Sequence record: PP337211
From: Escherichia phage ERS-1
Reading direction: 5' to 3' (one strand)
DNA: 64,000 bases
In this document: piece after piece, positions 11,095 to 22,729 of the stretch
How positions within the stretch are numbered: position 1 is the stretch's first letter
How the letters are laid out: every line of letters begins with the position of its first letter
Made by a program: the position numbers and the translations under genes
The notes under the pieces: generated by a model
The model's database searches: none
What the model was told of the DNA's origin: nothing
Seen by the model: the letters and a program-made list of their open reading frames with translations, nothing else

Positions 11095-12990
11095 GCGCGC
11101 GGCGGATTTCCCGCCGGACCTGAAGGCGGGCGTTGAGGGCCGCGCGGTGGTCGGAGGAAGTCCGCGGCACGTGCACCTGGGGCTCCCCCCTCGGTGAAGC
11201 GGACCTTGCAGCGTCCTGGCCTGCTCCTCCGTGTAGGCCATCCCGCCCCCTCGGCTCCCGCTTCGTCGCTTCCGCGTGTCGCTCGGCGGGGGTGCTCCTC
11301 GGGAACGGCGGCTTGTCCGACTTCGGGCTGTCCTTCTGTAGGCTCCTGGGTCGGTCGACCTTGGGCGAATCGAACGGGCTGCCGGGTCTTGTCCCTGTGC
11401 GCCCGGACCTGCTCCGCGGCGGGAGGTGGGCGCAGGCGCGCTCTCGATCGTGCGCCTCGAAGCCGTTCGTTGGTTGGAATTTCCGCCAGTTTCTGCTCCG
11501 ACTGCGGCCTGCTGTCCGGGAAGGCCCGGTGAGCGCTTGCCGAAGCCGGTGCGGCTGGCGTGGAGTTCGGCCTGGTCGCGGAGGTCGTTGGCGTAGTCGT
11601 CCGTGGGTCCTTCACCACCTTGCCGCTCCGCCTGTCCTGGTCGGTCTTGAGGCGGCCCTCCCCTGGCTCCTGGCCTTCCCTTTGGGTTTCCGGTGAGCGC
11701 CGTCACTTCTGGTCCTGCAGGGCGCGGGTCTCGGGGGGACTGGCGAACCTCGAAGGTGCTTGTGCCGGGTGAGGAGGAAGTGGAGGCCTGTGTTGGGCCC
11801 CTGTTGTCCGGTTGTCCTTGATGCGCTTGAAATAGGCGTGGTCCTGCTTGTGGCCCTCGCCCCTTTCGTGACCGAGAACCGGCGCCTTCCGGGCCCCGTA
11901 CCTTCCCGGACCCTTCGTTCGAGGCGAGGACCTGGTGGAGGTGCTTCGGCCGCTTCCCGTCCGCCCTTGCCCTCGATCCCTGGTGTTCGGTCATCAGGGT
12001 CGAACCTGCTTTCGTGCTTCTTGTCTCCGGCGAAGAAAGCCATCACCGAACAGCAGGACTAACCAGATCGCGGAGGTGGGCGTTGAAGGAGCCCACCAGG
12101 CGCTTCGAGTCGCTGACTTGGAGGTAGTGACGCCCAACATCGTGCCCGTGACCTTGGCGAAGAAGGACTTGCCGGTGCCGCGGCGACCGCGGAGGACCAC
12201 GGCCCTCGCCCGGGCCGTCCGGGGTGCTGGACCTCCGCGCCCCTCCCGACAGGTAGCGGCAGTGCTCCGGGTTCCCTGAGCCTGGACGTCGTCGCGGATG
12301 TGGTCGGGAAGGGCGCGCTCTCGCCCGGGAGGGAGTCGCCAACCCGCGCCTGGGTCGTAGGCTTCTTCCACCTCCTGGCCGGGGGTGGTGATGGGCTCGT
12401 GTTGGCGGCGCTGGGCGATCCGTTTGTAGGCTCCCGCGGCCTTCTCGATGGGCTTGCCCTCCTCCAGCGCCCAACCACTTCACCTTGATGTGGCGGTAGC
12501 GGTTGCGGAAGTCCTCGAAGGACTGCTCGCTGATTTGGTCCGCTTCATCGCTGGGTCCCGAACCTCGCTGACGATGCGGCACTTCTTCTGCCGATGTCCG
12601 CGACTGACGGCGTGCTTCTCGTTGAAGCTTGCGCGGCCAGGGTCCACCGCCTCCCCGCGGGCGTTCGATCTGCCGTGGGCGTAGCCTTCCCGTTCGGCTT
12701 GTCTCTGACGCTCGCGGCGATTTCGTCGGAGCCGGTGATCACCGCGAAGACGTTTGGGGACCTCCGCCGCCAGGTTGGTGCCTCCAACCTGGCTTCCCGA
12801 CCGGCAGAGGGGTACTGGTCGGGTCCGTGGGTCCTGCCCGGTGCCCTGCCCTGCGTGGTCGCTGATAGCCTTCCCGCGCCGGCCGGGCTCCGGCTCCTCC
12901 GTCCCGATGTCCGGGACGTTGCCCGTGATCTTGCCTTTGCACGGCCCCCCGGCCTGGCCCTGCTCCGCCTTTGGACTCGAACCGCGGGGG
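11095..12990 (-). CDS. SF3/P4-D5-type helicase-like P-loop NTPase (left copy)
   Basis: Walker A GTGKSFFAKV and Walker B LVLLFGDGF in ORF 11994..12371; collinear with the right-arm copy, which also shows a sensor-like ASNEDW...RR segment. Start codon apparently degraded (CAAAGG where the right copy has CAGATGG). Confidence 0.4.
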
Positions 12991-13022
12991 CGAATTGTTC
13001 GATGGGGCAGCTGGCCTCGTCG

Positions 13023-13611
13023 CTACGAGACGGCGAGGGTCGGCTGGCGACCCTTCTTGACCTTCTTCGCGGTGGGCGTCGATCGTGCCCGGGAGGCGGG
13101 CGATGCGAGCTCCGTTGTGGCGGTCCGCCTGAAGCACCTTCTCCGGCTGGATGTTGTACGCTTCCGCTCTGAGCCTTCGCCGCCGATCCGGCGATGTCCG
13201 CTTGTCGGACGGGTTTGGCTGCCAAGCCCTGCATAGCCCCCGCCCGAGTCGATGATGACCGTGGGCTTGGCGTGTAGGACTGGAGGCTTCGGCGCCGCGC
13301 CCGCTCCTCCTCGAAAGCCTCCCCGGCTCGCGGTCGATGTCCCGTGAAGCCTGGCGAGGCGGGCCAGTTGTCCTCCTTCGAGGCTTTCACGTTTGATTCG
13401 CCGGCGGACCGGGTTGGCGTGGAAGGCGTTGCGCTTGCCCTGATGCCCTTCGATCGCTCTGCGGCCTTCTGCCTGTGGTTGGGCGGAATGCCACCGTCTC
13501 CGTTTTCCCGTCCGGGATGATGGCCGTTGGGTACCACGGCCTCCCGGTCCCTTTCCTCCTTCAAGAAGTCGATCGCGTCCTTGGTCTTGTGTTTTGGTGT
13601 TTTCTGCCCAT
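13023..13611 (-). CDS. Hypothetical protein, gene X (about 196 aa)
   Basis: ATG at 13611 preceded by GGGGGA; ends ...AKKVKKGRQPTLAVS at 13023; right-arm paralogue at 61277..61868 has the same start context and C-terminus. Confidence 0.45.
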
Positions 13612-14428
13612 TTGATCCCCCGGCTGAAGGATATTCCCGAAGGCGCTGGCCGCGCTTTCCCCCGTCCTCCTTTGGATGACCGGAGGCGTGTGCCGGAGGC
13701 GGCGGCGATTTCGCGCTGGCGTTTTGCCCGCCCGGCGGCGGATGGGAACCGGCGTGGGCTTCGGCTCGTCCGAGGTGCTGGCGCGGTCTGATCGTCCGGC
13801 GGCGGTCCGCTTCCCGTCGCAGCGGTCCGGGCGCCTGTCCTTCGCGGCTTCGATCGGTTGAGGCCCTTGCGGCGGCGGTGTAGGCTTTCGCCTTGGTTGG
13901 TGCGGCAGGCCGGGCAGGACTCCTTGGTTCTTGGAAGGCGTGTCCGCTTGTGCGGCCCCTGCCCGTTGTCGTTCCCGCGAACCTGGCCCTGGTGCCGGCT
14001 ACCGTCCTTCCAAATAGACGCCGTCTCGTTCCCCCGACCTTCGGCGAGGAAGGCCCGGCCCCCGGCCTTGCGGCGACGGGCAGCGTGTCCTCGCTGGCGG
14101 TGAAGTGGTCCGCTCAAGCGGTCCGCCCCTGGGCGGCCTGTGTTGGTGAATTTCAATTTGGTTGCTGGTTGTAGTTCACGTCCGGGTCCCGGCAATGGGC
14201 TTCTCCTCGCCGGTCCGGTTGGCGACCGGATGACGGGGCGGAGGGAGTCCGCGTTGCGGCTTTGCTGGTTGCCCTCCTTCCACGTCGTAACGGCGGGCGA
14301 CTTCCGGCCTTTGACGCGCCGATTCCCTTCCTGCCCCCTCCCCCGGATCGCGGCCCGAGTAGTCGATGCCCGGGAAGGCGACCCGCTTCGCCTGCCTTCC
14401 CCGCGGCCTCCAGGCTGTTGGACCTGGG

Positions 14429-14451
14429 GAAGAAGTATAGAGCGTGAAGCC
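14429..14451 (-). promoter_or_regulatory. Conserved motif half-site (TATACT-type), copy 5
   Basis: gaagaagtatagagcgtgaagcc; shares the CTTCACGC-TATACT arrangement with the copy at 57884. Confidence 0.35.
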
Positions 14452-15094
14452 GTTGTGAGCCGCAAAAAGTTGAGCGCGATTTGACCTCTGCGCAGGCTAC
14501 GTGCCGGCAATTCGTACCGCGGTCCGGGTGCAGGGCTCGGCGAGTTGTTCGTGCCCGGGCGGAAGCCGTTGAACCCGGTCGAAGCCCGCTGTCGTTGGGC
14601 CTGGAACCGTGACGGCTCCGACCTTCGTGGAGGGTCCTTGTCCTGCCCGCGACGTGTTGGGCCTGCCGAGGCGGCGGTCCCTGGTGGTTGCGGTCCTGCG
14701 ACGTTCCCGAGGAAATAACCGCTGGAGCCGTCAAGGACTCTGCCCCTTCTCGCGGCCTAGGGCCTGGCGATACCGTTGCTGCCCGCAAACTTTGGCAGGA
14801 CGGTGCCGTGATGTCGCTGCGCGGCCCTCGATCCTTCCGGTGACGGTCGGGGGTTGCCCGCGCGGCCCTTCTTCTCGACCGCGCGGACCTGGTCCGGTTC
14901 CCCCCTCACCCGCTGTGGTCGATGAGGTATGCCTTGTCTGTCTCGCGCTCGATGACCCTTCCGAGGTCCGGTGTTGTCGTTGCTGCGGCGGTGTTGTTCT
15001 CTGGGGGTTCGCCCCGGACTTCCTCCGGGCGGCGGCCCTTTGCGCGTGTGTTGGTGGGTGAGCAAGTGACCTGCGCGTCTGTTGATAGGGACTT

Positions 15095-17611
15095 TCACGG
15101 CGGAATTCCCTGTCCTGCCCGGAAATACCCTGCTCTGCCAAATTTTGCCGCTGCCTTTGACGGGAGTTCCAGCGGCGTGCGCCTCACGTGGGCGGCTTCC
15201 GCGGCCTCCTTCGTCGTGTACGCTGAAGGCGATCTCGTCGTGGACCTGGATGATGATGTCCGTCTGGCTTCCTGTGCCTCTACGCCGTCCTTGGTCTGGT
15301 CTCGCGGAGGAGCCCTGAATCTGCGGTTGGTCCCTTGTGGTTCTTGCCCGTTCTCCCGTCCTCGTCCTTCGGGAAGTGGTGCGGCGACCGCTCGGTGTCG
15401 TGACGTAGCCGGCGGCCTTCGCCCGGGCTTCGGCCTTTGCCGCTTCTCGATGCAAACGGCCTTGTGGTCGAAGGTGTCCGGGAGGGCCTGACCCTCCGGC
15501 CCCGCGGCCTCGAACCTCCGCGCCCCTTCCGCGACCTGGCGCTGACCCTCCGGGCTGTTCGTGAACGGCCGGAAGCGGGGGCGTGCGGGCGGCCATCGGT
15601 CGGGAGCCCGAGCTTGCGCTCCTCCCCTCGCCCGCCTGTCCCGGTAGGACCTGCCGGTAGATTTCCTTGGCGTCCTTGCGCTTGATCCCCGCCTGTCCGC
15701 CATCATCCGGTGGTTGTCGGTGTTCGGGTCGTTGCGGACTGTCCCGGGCTTCGATTGTGGACCTGCCCTGCTGGTGCCCGTTTGGTCTTTGCCGGGTGGC
15801 GTAGTGGACCGCCTTGCGCGGCTCCTGCTGGCTGTAGTCGTTGGACGCCCTGTGTTGGCCTTCCTCCGGGAGGTAGATGGCCCGCCGCGGCGGCGAACTC
15901 TTCCCCAGCCGGTCGCTGCTGGAGGTTCGGGTGTTCGCTGGACTGTCGCCCGTAGGCAGGCGCCGCGGTCCCGTCGCTTTCGTCTCTTCCCTTCCGGCGG
16001 CGGAGCTGGTCGAACGTCCCGTGGAGGCGCCGTTCGCCATGTGGTCCGGGACGGACTGGCGAAGGTCGTGCGCCTTGTTTGCCTTCCGGCGCGTTCGAGG
16101 AGGCTCTGCCTCGGGTGGCTGATTGAGCCCTGGCTCCTTGTCGATGTTGGGCTTGCCCTGGGAGGTTGTTCGGCTTGATGCCGATGTGTTCGAGGGCGGG
16201 GGCGATCACCTCTGGCTTCCCGGTACGCTGCGGTGATCCGGTGGCCGGTGATCGACCGGACTTGGGCGTGGGCCTCCGTCTCCTTCTCCGCGCCGGGCTG
16301 GTCGGTTGTCCTGGCGGTCGCGTCGATTGCACGCCCCGGCGGCGAAGGCCCGTGAGGATCGGGGCAGGCCGGACTCCCTGGTGCAGGTTGCCCCGGGTCC
16401 TGCCGGACCTCCCGCTCCTGACGGCGGAGGATGTTGGGTGCGCGTGTCCTCCTCCGCGCACTTCCCGAGGCCTTGGCCGGAGGTCCCGGTTGCCCTTCTT
16501 CGGGCAATCCTGTACCACCGCGGCGGCGCGTGCTTCGTCCTTGCCGTGGAAGCCCCACCGCTCCGCGATAGCTTGCATGCTGTAGCCGTCGTGGAGTTTG
16601 GCAGTTGCGGGTCTGCGATCTGGATGTCACGGAAGTAGCGGACCCGCTCCAACTCGAGTGCCGTCCCCGGCGAGGAAGTCCGTTGGTGCCAGGTTGGCCT
16701 CCCAGGTCGCCGGTGAGCACCTTTGCCGGGCGCGGAGGTAGGCCGGTACGCCCTCCGGCCGGTAGGTTGCCCCCGCCTTCGCGTCCGATGGGGAGTACCC
16801 GCCCGGGCCGTCCTCGATTGCGAAGCTGATGCCGGTGATGTAGCTGTTCGGCGACGGCCCGCCCCGGCCCCGAGCTCTCGAGGTCCGGTCCCCGCGTTCC
16901 TGCCGATGGCGACCCGCTCGGCCCTCCCACCAGGGAGGGTGCTGAGGTCCGGGGCCTCCCTGTCGCTGGAGACGGTCGTGAACAGGGTGGTTGGAGGTAT
17001 GAGGCTTGGCTCCCACCTCCGCAATCATCTTGCGCGAGGTTCAGGTGCCGCGGTCTGGCTCCGGGTCGGACTCCCGGAAGGTGAGGATGTGGACCGCTTC
17101 GGCTCCGTCCTCCGTCCTGCCCGTTCGCGGCGGCGAAGGCGTCCGGCATGACGACGGGGCGGAGCGGGGCGAGGACCCCGTTGCGGGCGCCGGACCCTCT
17201 CCCGTAGTGGATCGCCTTCTCGGAGGTCCTGGCGCGGGTCCTCGTGCTCTTGCGGTTGCGGGTCGCGCACTGGTCGCGCGGCCTTCGGTGTAGCGGAGGC
17301 CGTTGGTTCCTCCCAGCTCCTGTGTTGGACGGGCGAGCGGCAGCGCTCATCCGTCCTTGCTTTTCGTTTTGTCCTAACTCTCTTCCTTTGGTTTTGCAGC
17401 CGGAGCGTCTGCTGGCGGTAGTAATACCGGGAACCCCGCCTCCCCGTCGGTGTTGTATGGACCTTGCGGAGGTGCGCGAGTTCTTCCGTGTCGAAGGCGT
17501 AGAACTTCTGCTGCGGGCTCCTGCCGGTTGCTGGCCTCTCCAGTTGTTCGCGCACCACCTCCTCGAGAAGTCCGAGAGACGGCGATGCGGCTGGCGCTTC
17601 GCTGCCCGCAA
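15095..17611 (-). CDS. Family A DNA polymerase with 3'-5' exonuclease domain
   Basis: Minus-strand motifs in correct order: Exo I FYAFDTEE (about 17480-17505), PNLQ box GRQSSEHPNLQQ, motif A DYSQQEPR (15801-15818), GYVTT...GRR, motif C IIIQVHDEIAF (15225-15248), stop about 45 codons later. Frames break repeatedly; N-terminus may extend to the ATG at 18084. Confidence 0.6.
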   Translation of the reverse strand: MRAAKRQPHRRLSDFSRRWCANNWRGQQPAGARSRSSTPSTRKNSRTSARSIQHRRGGGVPGITTASRRSGCKTKGRELGQNEKQGRMSAAARPSNTGAGRNQRPPLHRRPRDQCATRNRKSTRTRARTSEKAIHYGRGSGARNGVLAPLRPVVMPDAFAAANGQDGGRSRSGPHPHLPGVRPGARPRHLNLAQDDCGGGSQASYLQPPCSRPSPATGRPRTSAPSLVGGPSGSPSAGTRGPDLESSGPGRAVAEQLHHRHQLRNRGRPGRVLPIGREGGGNLPAGGRTGLPPRPAKVLTGDLGGQPGTNGLPRRGRHSSWSGSATSVTSRSQTRNCQTPRRLQHASYRGAVGLPRQGRSTRRRGGTGLPEEGQPGPPAKASGSARRRTRAPNILRRQEREVRQDPGQPAPGSPACPDPHGPSPPGRAIDATARTTDQPGAEKETEAHAQVRSITGHRITAAYREARGDRPRPRTHRHQAEQPPRASPTSTRSQGSISHPRQSLLERAGRQTRRTTFASPSRTTWRTAPPRDVRPAPPPEGKRRKRRDRGACLRATVQRTPEPPAATGWGRVRRRGGPSTSRRKANTGRPTTTASRSRARRSTTPPGKDQTGTSRAGPQSKPGTVRNDPNTDNHRMMADRRGSSARTPRKSTGRSYRDRRARGGAQARAPDRWPPARPRFRPFTNSPEGQRQVAEGARRFEAAGPEGQALPDTFDHKAVCIEKRQRPKPGRRPPATSRHRAVAAPLPEGRGRENGQEPQGTNRRFRAPPRDQTKDGVEAQEARRTSSSRSTTRSPSAYTTKEAAEAAHVRRTPLELPSKAAAKFGRAGYFRAGQGIPP

Positions 17612-18080
17612 GGGCGCACGGGTTCGGACTTCGGCCCCGCTCTCCCGTCACCGTCTTGCCTCTCCGGACGGCGCGACCGCTTCGTTGCCCGTGCTCCTCC
17701 CGGCGCTGCCCTGGTCGAGGGCGTCCGCGGCCTTTGCTGTCCTCCTCGTCGGGAGAAGGCCCGGGAGGTGCCTGGTCGCCTGTCGCGGCGTTCCGCGGCC
17801 TCCGTGCCCTTCCCCAGTTCGGGTGGTTCGCTCTCGCCGGGGCCGGCAATGTCGCCTGGCGGAACGCTCCGCGCAGTCGTGCCGCTTGGACCGCCTTGAC
17901 AGGTTCGGCGACGGGTGCGGGTGGAAGGAGGCTCGACGCCGTAGCTGCGCTGGGCGATGTTGTACTGACCGTGGTGCGGGACGATGTGGTCCGGTGGACC
18001 GTCCCGGCCTCCCGGGTCGCGGCGATCCGGGCGGAGCGGCGGACGGCGCGGCGGTTGGCTCCTCCGCCTCGCGCTCCTCG

Positions 18081-18650
18081 TCATGAATCTTGCTTCCCTG
18101 GCTTCCCTTCGTCCGCGTCTCCTCCCTGCCGCGCCGTCGTCATTGCCTGGGCCTCGCGGGCCTCGAAGGCGGCGCGGCGGCGTTGATCCGTTTCCTTCCC
18201 CGGCCGTCTTCCCGTCGGTGGCGGCGACGTTCTCCGCTCGCCCCGGGCGGCGTCGAAGCGGAGGGGTTGGACGCTTGAAAGCCTTGTGGGCCTTGAGGTT
18301 GGGATTGCTCGCGGCGGAAGAAGGGTTGCGGAAGCCGTCGGCGTCCGGCTCGCCGGTGCCCGGCTCCTGGTCGCCTTCCTGCCGGTCCGTGGAGGCTTGA
18401 AGCGGAAGGGCTCCGCGATCCCGGCGGCGTAGGGGTCGGGCGTTCCTTCCCGGGGTGTTGGGTTGGCGGCGAGGTCCGCGAGCGGGCGACCTTGCCCAGT
18501 ACCCTCATCGGCGTGGAAGTTGGCGCTGACTTGGCGGTAGATGCCTTGTTGGCCCGAGGTCCGGCGACGTCGGCGGAGGTAGCTGAAGTGGACCGCGTTG
18601 GCCCCTGTAGGCTCCCCGGGTCCCGTCGTCGGAGCGGTTGGTGCGGTCAT
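18081..18650 (-). CDS. Hypothetical protein
   Basis: ORF with moderately protein-like N-terminus (MTAPTAPTTGPGEPTGANAVHFSYL...); its TGA stop overlaps the next ATG (ATGA at 18081-18084). Confidence 0.3.
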   Translation of the reverse strand: MTAPTAPTTGPGEPTGANAVHFSYLRRRRRTSGQQGIYRQVSANFHADEGTGQGRPLADLAANPTPREGTPDPYAAGIAEPFRFKPPRTGRKATRSRAPASRTPTASATLLPPRAIPTSRPTRLSSVQPLRFDAARGERRTSPPPTGRRPGKETDQRRRAAFEAREAQAMTTARQGGDADEGKPGKQDS

Positions 18651-19025
18651 GTCCGGCCGACCGTCGTGATCTGGAAGATGGCCTGAAGGTTGGCAGGGGA
18701 GGTCCTTGCCTTGGCGGCCTGGTCCGCGTCCGCGCTCCTGTCCAGGACCTGGCGGTGGTCATCGCGGTTCGCCTTCGGGCGGCGATGATCTTGGGCAGTG
18801 GTCCTCGAAGAAGTGCTGGCGCCCTGCGGAAGCCGTAGGCCCCGTGGAAGGTCCTGCCGTCGTCCAGTAGCTGCGCTTGCGACCGGCGAAGCGGGGCGCG
18901 CATTCCGCGTCATTGCGTCTGCCCAGCATCCAGAGGCTTTCCATCAGGTGGAAGAAGGGGTTGGCGTCCCGTTCTGCCCGGCGCGCTCCGCCGGCGGAGG
19001 CGCCGGTGGCGACGGGTTCCGGGCG

Positions 19026-21245
19026 TCAAGCGGGGCCGTTGCGCGAGTCGCGGCGGACGCCCTCGAAGGACCTGTCGAGAGGGCCTCCCGGGAGGGCCTG
19101 TTGTACGTTGCGGGCTTTGATGACTTTGTCTGTTAATTTGAAGATGACGTTGCCGGTCCGGCGAAGGACGCGGAAGCGGTTTGCGGGTGGTGCCCCGTTA
19201 AGCCGGCGTTCGGTTCGCGGATCGGGGGCGATAGCCCGGGACGGCGATTTTAACCGCGAAGGGGCGGGCGAACTGCTCCGCCTCGGCCCGGTTTCATTGT
19301 TTCTGACCGTGGTGACGGAGTTCGTGACGGCCTCCGCGGAGGACTTCGCCTTGGACTTCTCCGCGTCCGCTCGTCCCGGGCCTCTTCTAGGTGTCGGTGG
19401 TGGCTGTGGGCGCTTGGCGTGGTGTACCGGCGTTGTACTCGTGGGACTTGGCGATGCGGCGGCGCTCCCCGAGGTCGCGCGTGCGAAGCGTTGGCCCTCG
19501 AACTGGACCTTGACGTCGCCGTGGTCGGCAAGAAGCCGTCCGGCGCCTGCCCTTCCCGCTTGCGGAGCGGTTCCGGGTAGATGTCGTTGTACACGGCGTC
19601 CCCAGGGTGAACTTCTCCGCCTCCCTGGGCTTTTTTCGCGGGCCTCGAAGGCGTGCTGAGGACCCCTTGCCGCTCGCGGATGTAATTGGACCCGGCACCT
19701 GCCCGAACCTGGCCTCCAGTTCGTCGATGCCGCCGGAATGGTCCGGCGGCGAGGTTTCGATCCGGCGAGGGTGGTTGCCTTGCGCCGTGGTGCTCCAGCG
19801 GGTTTCTTGCCTTCGTCGGTGGTGCGCTTGCTCGTCGAACTTGGCGTGTGTTCGATGTCCCGGGCCTCGAACCGCGGCCCCCGCGCGGGCTCCCGAGCTG
19901 CGGCGGTCCGAAGGTTTCGTCGAAGCCCCGGGCGTCCGTGTTGGCTTGGCTTCGGCTCGATCAGTTTCCGCGTTCGTCTGCTCCGGGCGGGGCTTCGCGG
20001 CGAGGTCGTGCCCTGCTGGCGGTCGAGCCCGCGGATCGCCCCGGCAGGGCGTTGGCCGGTTCCGTGACGTCCTGGGCGTCGTGGTAGCGGGTGTGGCGGA
20101 GGTCGGTCACCGTTGCCCGGACGGCCCCCGCCGACCAGCGGTGCTGCTGGAATTTGGCCCTGCGCTTTCGAGGGTCGGAACCCGCGGAACCTTGGGGCTG
20201 CACTTGGCGGGCTCCGCGTCGCGCGCCCGTTCCTCGCGGTCCTCCCGGTACGGCCCGGCAATCTCCGCGATGTAGCGGTGCTTGGTCCGCTGTACCCTCC
20301 TTGGAGGGGTCGGACTCCGCGCGGATCGTGAGGCTCCGGGCGCCGCCTTGTTGCCCGCGGCGGCGTAGTCCTCCGGCGCTTCGCCGCTTCGCGGGCTCGA
20401 GTCCTCCCCTTTGCCGGGTTCCCGGCTCCGCCTTGTCCTGGAGAGCGGAGGGTGTCGGCTGTTGATGTAGCGGGCGATGGTGAGGGCGGGTCTTGTAAGG
20501 TGCGGGTGGTCCGCGTAGGGCTTGCGGATGTTCTCCTGGTCCTGGTCGTCCCGGGTTGGCTTCGCGGCAAGATGTTAGGGTACTGCCGCCCTCGCGAACC
20601 GGGTCCGCGGTCCGGGGCCGGGCTTCCCGGCCTTGCGGTCGGTAGACGTCGTGCCGGGCCCTTGAAGGCGGCGATGTCGTCGACGCGTGGGTGGTCGGTT
20701 CGGGGTCCTGGTCGGGCTCTCGATGACGGCCTTGATGTCCTTCGGGGCCGTCTCCCTGTGGATGTCGCGGACCGTCTCGCCGTCCGCCGTGGCCTCTCGC
20801 CGGACCCGGGCGATGGTGCGGTGCTTGTCGGCCTCTGGTTCTCCTCGACGGGCTTCCCGCCGTCGCGCTCCTGGATGTGCTTTGGGCTTCCAGCGGCGTG
20901 TCCTGAAGGCCGGGTTGTTCCGCCGTTCGCCTTCGACCCCTGCGCGTATGTAGATGGGCACTGACACCTCGCGCCCTCCAGCCCTACCGCCTTCACGTCC
21001 GGGCCCCGCCAACCAGCTCCGCGACGGCCTTGGCCGCGGCTTGGGTCTTGATCCGGTCCGGACCGGCGGTGGTCGCTCCGGCGGCGGCGGGGGTAGTCCC
21101 CGATGATGGCGATGCCGCCCGGCGCGTCGCCGGGATCGGCTTGTGGTCCGGGACGATGACGTCGATGACGTGGCCTGCGGATCGCGGTCCTGGCTGCGGG
21201 TGTGGTCTTGCCGGAGCCGTTACTGCCCTGCGTGATGTACTTCAT
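19026..21245 (-). CDS. P-loop NTPase (kinase-like N-terminal Walker A); may be more than one gene
   Basis: GGAGAA, 6 nt, ATG at 21245; N-terminus MKYITQGSNGSGKTT; protein-like C-terminal end GNVIFKLTDKVIKARNVQQAL... stopping at 19026; intervening frames broken. Confidence 0.4.
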   Translation of the reverse strand: MKYITQGSNGSGKTTPAARTAIRRPRHRRHRPGPQADPGDAPGGIAIIGDYPRRRRSDHRRSGPDQDPSRGQGRRGAGWRGPDVKAVGLEGARCQCPSTYAQGSKANGGTTRPSGHAAGSPKHIQERDGGKPVEENQRPTSTAPSPGSGERPRRTARRSATSTGRRPRRTSRPSSRARPGPRTDHPRVDDIAAFKGPARRLPTARPGSPAPDRGPGSRGRQYPNILPRSQPGTTRTRRTSASPTRTTRTLQDPPSPSPATSTADTLRSPGQGGAGNPAKGRTRAREAAKRRRTTPPRATRRRPEPHDPRGVRPLQGGYSGPSTATSRRLPGRTGRTARNGRATRSPPSAAPRFRGFRPSKAQGQIPAAPLVGGGRPGNGDRPPPHPLPRRPGRHGTGQRPAGAIRGLDRQQGTTSPRSPARSRRTRKLIEPKPSQHGRPGLRRNLRTAAAREPARGPRFEARDIEHTPSSTSKRTTDEGKKPAGAPRRKATTLAGSKPRRRTIPAASTNWRPGSGRCRVQLHPRAARGPQHAFEAREKSPGRRRSSPWGRRVQRHLPGTAPQAGRAGAGRLLADHGDVKVQFEGQRFARATSGSAAASPSPTSTTPVHHAKRPQPPPTPRRGPGRADAEKSKAKSSAEAVTNSVTTVRNNETGPRRSSSPAPSRLKSPSRAIAPDPRTERRLNGAPPANRFRVLRRTGNVIFKLTDKVIKARNVQQALPGGPLDRSFEGVRRDSRNGPA

Positions 21246-21556
21246 CTTGGGTTCTCCACCGGTTGAAAACGGCGGAGCCGGAGCCCCGCCTGGTTGCTGT
21301 TGGTTGCGTGATCGGGATGATCTTGCGCTCGCCGCCGTCCTCCTCCGGCGGGTCTGGTTCCACGATCTTCTTGAAGTCGGGCGAGCGGCCTTCGCCGCTC
21401 CGGCTGGTTCCGAACCGGCGGGCTTGCCCTTCGTCCGCTGTCCGCGCGGTGGAGACCTGCCGGTGGGGCGCGTCCCTTGACCTCCTGGAAGGGCTGGCCC
21501 GTCGGTCCGGTGAAGGTTCGGCACGCGCTGGCCGTGGCCGGTCTGCGGTGATCATT

Positions 21557-22688
21557 TCACGCCTTCCAAAGCCAGTGCCGGCTCCGCCGGCTCCGGGCTT
21601 CCCGCGGCGGGTCCAGGCGTCGCGTAGGTCGGTTGCCGTGCTCGTCGCCAGTTCCGGTACCTGGCCGGTGGGCTTCGACCCGGCACGGCTCCGCGATGGT
21701 CTTTTCGGGCTCCGGCCTGGTTCTCCGCGGGCTGTCGGCCAAGGCTTTGGTACGCTCCGGTCCGAACCGCTTTGGAGGCGTTCGATCATTGCCGGGGCCC
21801 GCTGTAGCCCGCCTCCCGAATTTTCGGCGATTGTGGTCGTTGCCGACCGCGGCCTGGTGCTCCAGCGTGTGGCGGATGTCGTCGTGGGTGACGATCCCCG
21901 GGATCTGCGGATTGACCTGAATGGAGGTGTAGATGCCCTGACGGCGCTCGGCCATTTCGTCAGATGGTCCTGAAGGCTGATGGCCCCGGCAGGCCGTGCC
22001 GTTGTGGTCGTTGCCGGTGTTCTGTGACTTCTGGGCGTAGCTGTAGGGGTTCCGCTTCGGGTGCCCATGGCCCGTGACGGTAGCCGAGACGGCTGGAAAG
22101 AAGATGGTGCCGGGCTCCCGAAGGCTTCCGCCCCCGCCGGGCGTTATGGGCGCCGTCCCGGTTGGGAAGGGGTCCGTGAAGCTGGAGAAGTAGCCCGCGG
22201 CGGAGGTCCGGGACTTCGAGAGGGTTTGCGGACCTGCTCGCCGGAGTTCGCCGGGACGCCGATGAGGCCGGTGCCGCGGTAGCCCCGGAACCCGCTGTCG
22301 ACGTAGCAGGCGCGTGCCGCCTGTAGCCCTGGAGGTTCGTTGATCGCCTCGCTGAAGGGGCGGGCGCGGGAGCCTCGCTCGTCGTTGCGCTTGTCCTGGT
22401 ACCTGCCCTGAAGGGGCTTGGCGTTCGGGATGCGGATGTGCGGGAGGTAGGTGACGTCGTTTGAAGCGGCAGGCCCTCCACCTCCTTCTTGTCGTCGTCC
22501 TTCGCGTCGCGGACCTTCCCCTCTGCCCTTGCCGGAACTTCGCGCGGCTGGTCCTGTGGGTTTCCTTCTCCCCCATCGGGTCCTGGAACTCCCGTTGGTT
22601 CGGTCCGGCGGGCGAAGACTTGTAAGCCTCCTGCAGCGGCTTCGCCGGTTCTTCTGTCCTTGCCGCGTGGTCGGTGCCATTCTCCTTC
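21557..22688 (-). CDS. Hypothetical protein
   Basis: High third-position GC segments ([27 protein letters not shown]; [42 protein letters not shown]); starts just downstream of motif copy 6. Function not assignable. Confidence 0.35.
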
Positions 22689-22690
22689 AA

Positions 22691-22729
22691 CTGTGAAAGT
22701 CAGCGCCTTACCCGGAAGAAGTAAAGCGG
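22691..22729 (-). promoter_or_regulatory. Bipartite conserved motif, copy 6 (proximal half intact)
   Basis: ctgtgaaagtcag...ccggaagaagtaaagcgg immediately upstream of the minus-strand gene starting near 22688. Confidence 0.4.
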
